From Eledone cirrhosa (lineage: Eukaryota): a DNA stretch of 64,000 bases. The stretch is from assembly GCA_964016885.1 (NCBI GenBank), contig OZ024742.1:155992001-156056000 (forward strand), read 5' to 3'. Made by a program: the position numbers and the translations under genes. Positions 55,443 through 64,000 of the stretch are shown in pieces (position 1 is the stretch's first letter; each line of letters begins with the position of its first letter). The notes under the pieces were generated by a model. That model was not told the origin of the DNA. It did no database searches and saw nothing but the letters and a program-made list of their open reading frames with translations.

Positions 55443-56810
55443 GAGTGAGTGAGAGTGTGGGTGAAACAGAGAGTTTGCACATGTCTCTTTGTTTGAGATT
55501 CGAGAAAATATCTGATTTCACTTGATCTTCTTCATTTCCCTCTTATTTGTCCCTCCTTCAACTGGTGAATGATATCCTTGAGATTGTAGCTTTTAGCCTT
55601 TTAGCATATTTGACCAGCTGTTTCCCTCCATCAGACAAATTGATTACCAATTCGACAATCATAGCGTGTTTGAAGTGCTATTTTCTTTATTTAGCATACT
55701 CAGAACTTAGAAACTGATTTAAAGCATATATTTAGAAACATGGAGATAAATATTAATGAGAATGGAATGTAAAAAATAGATTTCTTTCGTTCAATTCGTC
55801 AAATAACCTCATACAGTCTGAATTATCCAAGCCCAACTGGACTGGAATGACATTGCTTTCTGAATACATATGCTTAGAAACGCTGATATTAACTGGTAAG
55901 GGAATGCTTCAAAATAGGCTGCAAAATGTTCAGAGTATGGGAGGACGCTCGATACAATTAAGGTTGTCATACAATATTCTCAAATTGAAGTCACGAATAC
56001 CCTTGAAAAGGTACGGATAGAAAACAATATTGAATCTGGCATATATGTCTGTAAATGCAAAGTTATTTTCTGTCACCCAGAAAATACGAATCTGCGTAAA
56101 ATAAAGAATCAAGATTTGTGGATAAAGTGACTTTGTCTTAGATAATGAGATAAACACTTGATTAAGTGTGAACTTATTCGCTCGCCCAGCAAATCAACTG
56201 AATTATCATAGATAAATGTGTCTTCTTTCAATAAGATTATAAAATATAAGGATCATAATTATTGCATTTCTTGCATAAAAAAACACGAAAACAAAAACAA
56301 AGTAAAAACTGCTTCATAGGCATGCACTCAAATTATTATATAGAACGATGAGGGTTATACGTGTGAGGGAGTGTGTTCCATAAATATTCTTATCGGCTAT
56401 ACTATAGCTTGCTAAATTAGTAAGACATTCAACTGAATATCATTGTGCTCAGTAACAGAATTCCTGTCTGAAACCATTGACTTGTACAATGTTTCCTCAA
56501 CACACACGCACACATACATAGACACAGCACAGTCACACTATTGTGACGGAAACCAATTAACGAATATATATGGGTAATTCGTCTAATGGTGTATTTTGTT
56601 CTGTCTTTGTCTTTACTTGTTTTGTTACGTCCCAATGTGCACTGAAATGTTTGGTATCAACCTTAATATACCAAACTCGTAGTGGTTTCTAGAGGTTAAC
56701 TGAGAAGATTGTTTTCTCCATTGTCTTTGCCCTGCGAGCTCCATATTTTGAATTCATTCTAAAGTCATGGCCATGCGGGTTCTTTTTAAAACTAGACATA
56801 CACACACAGA

Positions 56811-56886
<76 letters not shown>

Positions 56887-57334
56887 ATCTATCTATTTAT
56901 CTCTCTCACACACACACACACAAACACAAACACACGCATATATATATATATATATATGGGGGGGGGGGGTGCATGTGTATATATGGGTGCGTGTATACCG
57001 AGGGTCTCCAATTACTGTCTTCCAATTTCCACAAACAAAGCAATGTTCAAGCGGAGTTTATAGTTGATGACACATAGCCAAGGAGCCTTGCAGCTCGCCT
57101 TGAACCTAGAATCACGAGTATCATAAAGTAGACTTTTTAACAAAACAGTCATGACGCATCGACCTGTATGTGTGTTTATGTGTGCGTATGTGTGTTGCAT
57201 ATGTGTCGCCGGATACATGTGAGTGCGTGTAGATTTTGCGAATGCATGTAAGTTGTGTGTGCTTGTGAGACATTTTGTATATATATGATTATGTATGTAT
57301 GAATTAGTGTTCAATCTACATGTCTCCGAGCAGC

Positions 57335-57432
<98 letters not shown>

Positions 57433-58634
57433 GCTACAACAATACCCTCACGTATACTTGTTGATACACACTCTCTCTCATATATATACACTTATTTAAG
57501 TGTAGACGCAAAATCCGAATTTAAAATATAAATATATTTGACAATAACATATAAAATATATAATAACATCTCAGACATTTGACGACTAATAATCTCGGAT
57601 TAAGATTAAAAACGTATATGAGGATGTATTGCCTGTTTTATTTTAATTATTTGTCTGGAAATACGTAATTAATTGATGATTAATCTAAGATTTGTACGCA
57701 GAATGTATTTAAATTAAGAATGAAATAACTGCTTAAATATTCAATGGGAAATTGTATTAGACGTAATATGTATGAATTTTGAGATTGAAAATACAAAGAA
57801 GCTATTGGATAACACTAAAAATATTTAAAAAGAGAGAAAACGGTGAAAGAGCAGAGTCGTTGGAGCATTAGATTAAATGTAGAGCAGTAATTCTTCCAGC
57901 TCTACAAGCTATGGGTTTAAGTTCCACCGAGATCGACGCTTCAATTCATCTTTAAGAATCGTTAAATCTAGAACCACCCAAGGGCTCTAGAGTTACCGAA
58001 TTGTTAAAGTGTCAGATATCCTCAGTTCTCCTCCGATATCGCTGATGCCGTTGCATCGGCATTTATCTTTCTCATCGGCAAGAAAATTGACAAAGAAATG
58101 AGATAATTGCATGCATGAGTGGTGACTGATCTTCTTCAAATAAAAGATAAACATATTGGCTAGTTATGAATGTTAGAAAGAAACATACCAGCTCTGATTA
58201 CATGTTCTCGGGAGATATAAGGAAGCCACGAACCGGATTTTGAAAAAATTAAATGTAAATAGGTATAGAATGAATACACGAAGAAGGAAAGATGTAGAAA
58301 GCTCCCAATTAAAAACAATCTGTTATCACTAGGTATAATATGATCGACTCGTAATGATATAAGAAAGATATTTTTAACTACAAATCAAAATCCGTCAAGT
58401 TTTGATTTATACCGGTAAGAGATGAGATGCTAAGCTACATATAAATTGCCATTGTGTACACAACATGAATCTAGTAGATATGTGTATAAATGATATTCAA
58501 ATACATGCATATGACAGGTTACTGTAAAATTATGCAATCGCGATAAAAGCCTATAACGCGGACGACATCAATAAAATGAATGTAGTTTTAGCTAACACTG
58601 GTAAACAGCGCACGCAGCTATGACCTTACAAACA

Positions 58635-58815
58635 TCATTGGCAGTATCGGTAGAGATTCGGACGCCATGCTTTGACGCATAGTTACGGCCGTTGGCATTC
58701 TGAGTTCAAATCCCGCCGAGGTTAACTTTGTCTTTCAACCTTACGGGTTCCATAAATAAAGTACCAATAATGCACTGGGTAATTGCTGGCCTTGTGCCAA
58801 AAGTAGAAACAATTA
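58635..58815 (+). mobile_element. tRNA-type SINE (main family)
   Basis: Full-length match to the family. Confidence 0.85.
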
Positions 58816-59254
58816 TTAAGTGAAAGCTAAATTTCTAGAACATATATGAGTACAAAATGATAACGATAAAGCAAGCGTAGTAATAACACTAAAACTAAAC
58901 ACATTTACACATTAAACGACCCACTAAAACTGTCATTAACTTCAATAACCCCTTATCTGACATTACATGCTGCTCAACATACTTCACCAATAATACAATT
59001 ACTGCACATGTTTACGAGTAAATGTCTGGGTCAGCGCACTACACAGTCAAAATAATTCCTAGAAACAGCAACCACGTATCCCTCCCATCTAAAAATGAAG
59101 GGAACATTAAATAATTAATATAATATGTCTAAAAAAAAAAAGAAGCAAAGTAGGATTCTACTTTTTGTTCATAGTTTTGATGCATCGGTGGGCAGTACAG
59201 TTACAAAAAGCACTGCTAGAAAGGGGTTCTTTTCATCATTATTAAATTTTCATG

Positions 59255-59397
59255 CAAAGAGTTACGGCTCTTTCCATTCTGAGTTCGAATCCCCCCGAAT
59301 TTAACTTTGCCTTTCATCCTAATGGGGTCGATAAAATAAAGTACCAGTAATACACTGGATATTTGCTGGCCTTGTGCCAAAAGTAGAAAGAATTATT
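59255..59397 (+). mobile_element. 5'-truncated SINE (main family)
   Basis: gagttcgaatccc...cctttcatcctaatggggtcgataaaataaagtaccag...gtgccaaaagtagaaa. Confidence 0.85.
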
Positions 59398-62300
59398 ATA
59401 TGTTCTACTATGTGGAGAGAGTTAAGCGCCCCAGCTATGGATATATGACACTATTTATATTTATACAAGAACAAATAATGATTCGGTAATGCATCGCTAT
59501 CCTTCTCACTTTGCTAACTATGGAATTCCAAGTAAGTTATATTAAATAGCAATAACATAAGTGTGACAAGATCTTGCTTTATTATTTATAGGGCCATAAA
59601 AAATTTCTGGACACAGCAGCAATAATCTTTCTTTAATAGTTTTCTAATTAGCCTAGTTTAGCAATAATTGATAATTATTCATTCACTTTCCAGTAATTGT
59701 TTCATACTGTTTATTCTGCAAATATACATCTCTGTTTTTGTCTCCATTGATACACTCGCTCTATTATCTTTACATTTCTGAGAGAAATTACTCGCCATAT
59801 TTGAGAATATAGGATTTGTATATTGATACACATACAAGTCACTGCATATCAGTGGTAATTGTAGCTAATACATCAACCAGTTAATTAAAAGACTGCACTT
59901 CATATCTTATGTCACCCGTCTCGGCATTAGTGTACTTTTTTAATTTGAACATAATTCATGATTAGTTAGGAAAACATCATTTTTGTCTTTTATACTCAGC
60001 TCATTTGAAATTAAGTGCGCTTGATCCGAGATCAGCGCGTCACTTTTATATCAATGACTATATTTTTAAATTAATAATTCTTTATTTTAAAATGTAGTGT
60101 ATGATTTGAGGGAGGTTTCACTGTGACATACAGCATGCCACCCGGAATTTGATTGTTGAATGATAGTGGTAGAAATATGAGCTCTTGCGTTTTGAATGTG
60201 AAATATTATGAAGCAATGAATTCCTGTTGTCATATAATTGAATGTCGATGATTGTAAACTTATAAAGGTTTATATTGAAGTGGCTCAGAATAAAACAAAG
60301 GCTTTGAAACAAACTATTTCACAATAACGTAACAGCGGGATTTATATAACCTAAACATATAGTTCACAAGCAATATATTCAAGATGGATATCAGCCAAAC
60401 AAATCTCACTCGTATGGGAGTGTCTGGAATTTCAAAGGCACTGACAAAGAGTATGTGAATTGGAGTCCAATAATTGGCTGACATTCCGTTGTCTTTCATA
60501 TTTTATGTATATTTTCACTCGCATTCAAATGTTTCGGTATTCATCCTTAGCTTGCACCTTGAATAAAGAATACATATATGTATCCTTATCCTGAAATGTA
60601 ACAATATAGTTTAATCTATATTAATATAATTTAATTCTTAGAAGGAGGTTATGAATCCAACGAAAAGAACATATGAAACTGAATTTGTGTTAATTTATTG
60701 GAGTTTTAGCTTCATTGCATTGGCACCGTTTCTATATCATGTTTTTTTAAAAATATATTTTATTAATCAACTGATCAGTATCGATAAATAAAGTCGTTTA
60801 TAAAATAGTGATCAATATTTTTTCTGTCTCTTGCTACTTTGTTTTCTCTATCACTTTCTCTCCGGAAGGAATCATCTTTATCCAAACGAGTCATGGATCT
60901 ATTAGACTTTAAAACGTCCGTGTCCGTGTAACACAATCAGGTGCTATGAGCACTTGGAACAGCAATAGGTATATAGTGTTTCTATGATGTTTTCCACTCA
61001 TGCGTATAAGGTCAATATACTTACCGATCACGTAACTCAATCTCTTGCTATGTCTATTTCGACAACGTGAACATATTTCCTGACCTATCCATTTGTTCGA
61101 TAGAAAAACTTAAAAAAAGAAGAAAACACTTTCACTATATTACTTTATATATGTTACAGTAGCATCGAATCCGGAACCAATTTGTTGCAACATTTCTTAT
61201 ATGCAGAACTTTCTTCGAAAATCGTTTTCATAAAGTTACTATAACAGTCACATTTGAAATATCATCAATACATTTATATTTACTTCATTGAACCATCGTG
61301 ATCAAAACTAGGCTATTCCTATTGCTGTGATTATCTTTAATTACTAATGTGTCTAATTAATTAATTAACTAATATTTATCTGATGGTGTTTGTAATTTAA
61401 ATATCACTATAGATTAAAGATGTGTCATAAATATATCGATTAAATTTCACCTGTTAGAAAAATTACACTTAATTTGCTGTCAAAATTCATTTCCAAAAGA
61501 CATCACTAACTGTATAATTGATGAGTTACAAGTCATAGATAAACATTACAAATTGAAATGGAGCGTGAGTCTCTATGTACGATGGGAAATGTATGTGTAT
61601 GTGCCTATGTGTATATATGCATGGCGGTGCACCCACGCATATCGGTGTTTACGTGTTTGGTTTTATATGTATGCGAGTGTTTTGGTCATGTTCCTTTTTA
61701 AAATTCTGAGTCCAACCATAATGGGAACATACTGAACATTAAATGGTTTTAATACATACAAGTGTATAGGGTAAAGTATAACTAAGAGTATATGTACGGT
61801 TGTAAAGTGAGATATCATCATTACAGTAAGGAGTGATTTAAAAGAAATGTCACCGTTATTTATAAATGGTTAATCGACCACGAAACGGTCAAGAAGAGTT
61901 TGAGTTTTAATTGCGCAGCATAGCAGCATCCGATTGTACTGAGTTTAATATCGAACCGAATGTTTGTGTTTCAATTCTGGTACTTATGTCATTGATATTA
62001 TTTAAGATCAATAAAATAAGTACCACAAAAATACGAGACACGAAAACAGTTTCAAATATTAGAACAACGACTGAGGATTCACATTTATCTATCTAGCTTT
62101 CTCTCTATCTCACACACCCATATTCAAAACATCCATATATACCACCCAAAACATATCTAGGTCTACACAGGTCTATGTCGACTGGTGTTCCATTTGCGGG
62201 TCTATTAACATCAGACAAAAGCCGCGCGGTCTGGCAGAACAATTCACCGTAAACCCGACGGACATAAGTGGTGTATATATATTATCAAATGATTCTATGG

Positions 62301-62613
62301 ACATACTTTATAGTATATATATATATATATATATTCATTAGTCAAGCAAAACGAGACCACAAATTTCACAAGGAAGACATTATTAAAAGATTGTCAACAT
62401 ATTTTAGCTTGATGTAAGGAATGTAGAGAATAATAATAATAATATTAATAATAATAATAATGTCCGTTTACAATTATTTCGCTACTTCATATAATATTTC
62501 TGGATCAAATGATATATCATTATTGATCTGGTTCAGTTGAAAATAATTAACATAATTAAAGATAGAGCGGCTCATCGGAACTTCAAAGGAATATAAATTA
62601 AAATAAGGAAAGA

Positions 62614-64000
62614 ATGTTTCATAATGTAATGTTCCATATATTGGTATTTCCCTATTGTGTCCTGTGTGTATCAATTGCTTGCCATAATCAAGCAGTATTC
62701 TTCTGTCGAGGCTGGATTGTGTGAGATCTGCCTATGAGTAACAAGATGGCCGCCAATGGACATATTTACCTTACTAATTAGAGGGTGGTTTCAGGGGAAG
62801 CAACTCCTTGAGAGATTAGAAATTGTGGGTAGTTTATAGGTAAGTGCTAATTTTTTAATTTTTTAATTGAGAGACAATATAGGGGAGGTAACTTATAATT
62901 ATCTAGGTTAGTTATAGCTATTTAACTTATTAGCTATAGATATTATGAACTTATTAGCATAGATATTAGAAACTGTTTAATAAAAATAACATTAAAATCT
63001 CATTCTCCACAACACCTAACCTAGCTAGCCACATCGCATTCAGTAACCATCATAAACTAAGACGGTATAACTCCCACACCGCAGTACCACCAACCCTATC
63101 AAATACACCACGCCACTACAATAATACTTACTCTAGTAGCACACCTCTCCCATCTAATCCTTCTAACACTGACCAACCACTTAGGTTAAACTACCCTACT
63201 CTCACTAATCGCAGAAGCAACTGCAACTGCCGTTACCCTAATGCATGCCCACTAAATGGACACTACCTGACACCCAACATAGTCTATAGGTGCACAGTTA
63301 AAACTGCTTCGAATACCAGCTCCTATATCGGGTCTACCTGTAACCCTGTTAAGGTACGCTCTAACGCGCACTCTTTTTCCTTCCGAAACCCTAACAACAT
63401 ATGTTCTTCATCTCTAGCTAGGCTCATTAAACACCTTAAATTAACCAACATTGAACACTCACTAACATGGGATATCTTAGCTAGGGCCCAACCGTTCAAT
63501 GGACGAAGAAAATCTTGTGATCTCTGTATTACCGAAGCATATTACATACCTCTATCATGACCTCTACCGATTAACGATAGAACCGAGGTAACTATTAGCT
63601 GTCAACATCGAAGAGCTAATTCCTTCGCCAACAGAATATTTGACCCAACATAGTCATCTGGCCCCATTTTTACTTGTAACTAATAAGTTAAATAGCTATA
63701 ACTAACTTAGATAATTATAAATTACCTCCCCTACATTATCTCTCAATTGAAAAATTGAAAGAATGAGCATTTAACTATAAACTACCCACAATTTCTAATC
63801 TCTTGAGGAGTTACTTCTCCTGAAACCACCCTCTAATTAGTAAGGTAAATATATCCATTGGCGGCCATCTTGTTACCCATAGGCAGATATCACACAATGC
63901 AGCCTCGACAGAAGAATACTGCTTGATTATGACATACAATTGATACACCCAGGACACTATAGTGAAATACCAATATATGGAACATTACATTATGTAACAT
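62614..64000 (+). mobile_element. 5'-truncated PLE (GIY-YIG) flanked by inverted pseudo-LTR copies of at least 320 bp
   Basis: 62980-63653 encodes IKISFSTTPNL..CNCRYPNACPLNGHYL..IVYRC..YIGST..WDIL..CDLCITEA; 62614-62933 is the reverse complement of 63680-64000. Confidence 0.9.

Noticed and set aside
63795-63840. Hammerhead-like motif in the PLE pseudo-LTR
   Set aside because: The core reads CUCUUGA (CUCUCAA in the mirror arm) and stem III does not pair; at best a decayed remnant

Overview
AT-rich eukaryotic (animal) intergenic or intronic DNA, very rich in (TA)n/(CA)n/(GA)n microsatellites and retroelement debris. The repeat make-up suggests a cephalopod/octopus-like genome (inference only). 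No intact host gene is recognisable, and most of the supplied ORF track is microsatellite artefact. Recognisable elements: degraded RTE-, Tx1/L1- and R4/Dong-type LINEs; at least five Penelope-like element (PLE) fragments with RT and/or GIY-YIG domains; more than 10 copies of one tRNA-type SINE; a mariner-type MITE; and many fold-back inverted repeats bounded by (TA)n. Reading the non-coding repeats as RNA shows many hammerhead-ribozyme motifs, one of them fully canonical (50044-50123). Two non-coding, more-than-unit-length, retrozyme-like elements are present (about 625-644 bp and 472 bp units). The most unusual observation is a motif present 5 times in the 625-644 bp family. It has all three hammerhead core strands in an order that is not any circular permutation (types I/II/III), carries a k-turn consensus, and is supported by three compensatory base-pair changes between subfamilies. 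All folds were read by eye and none has been tested.
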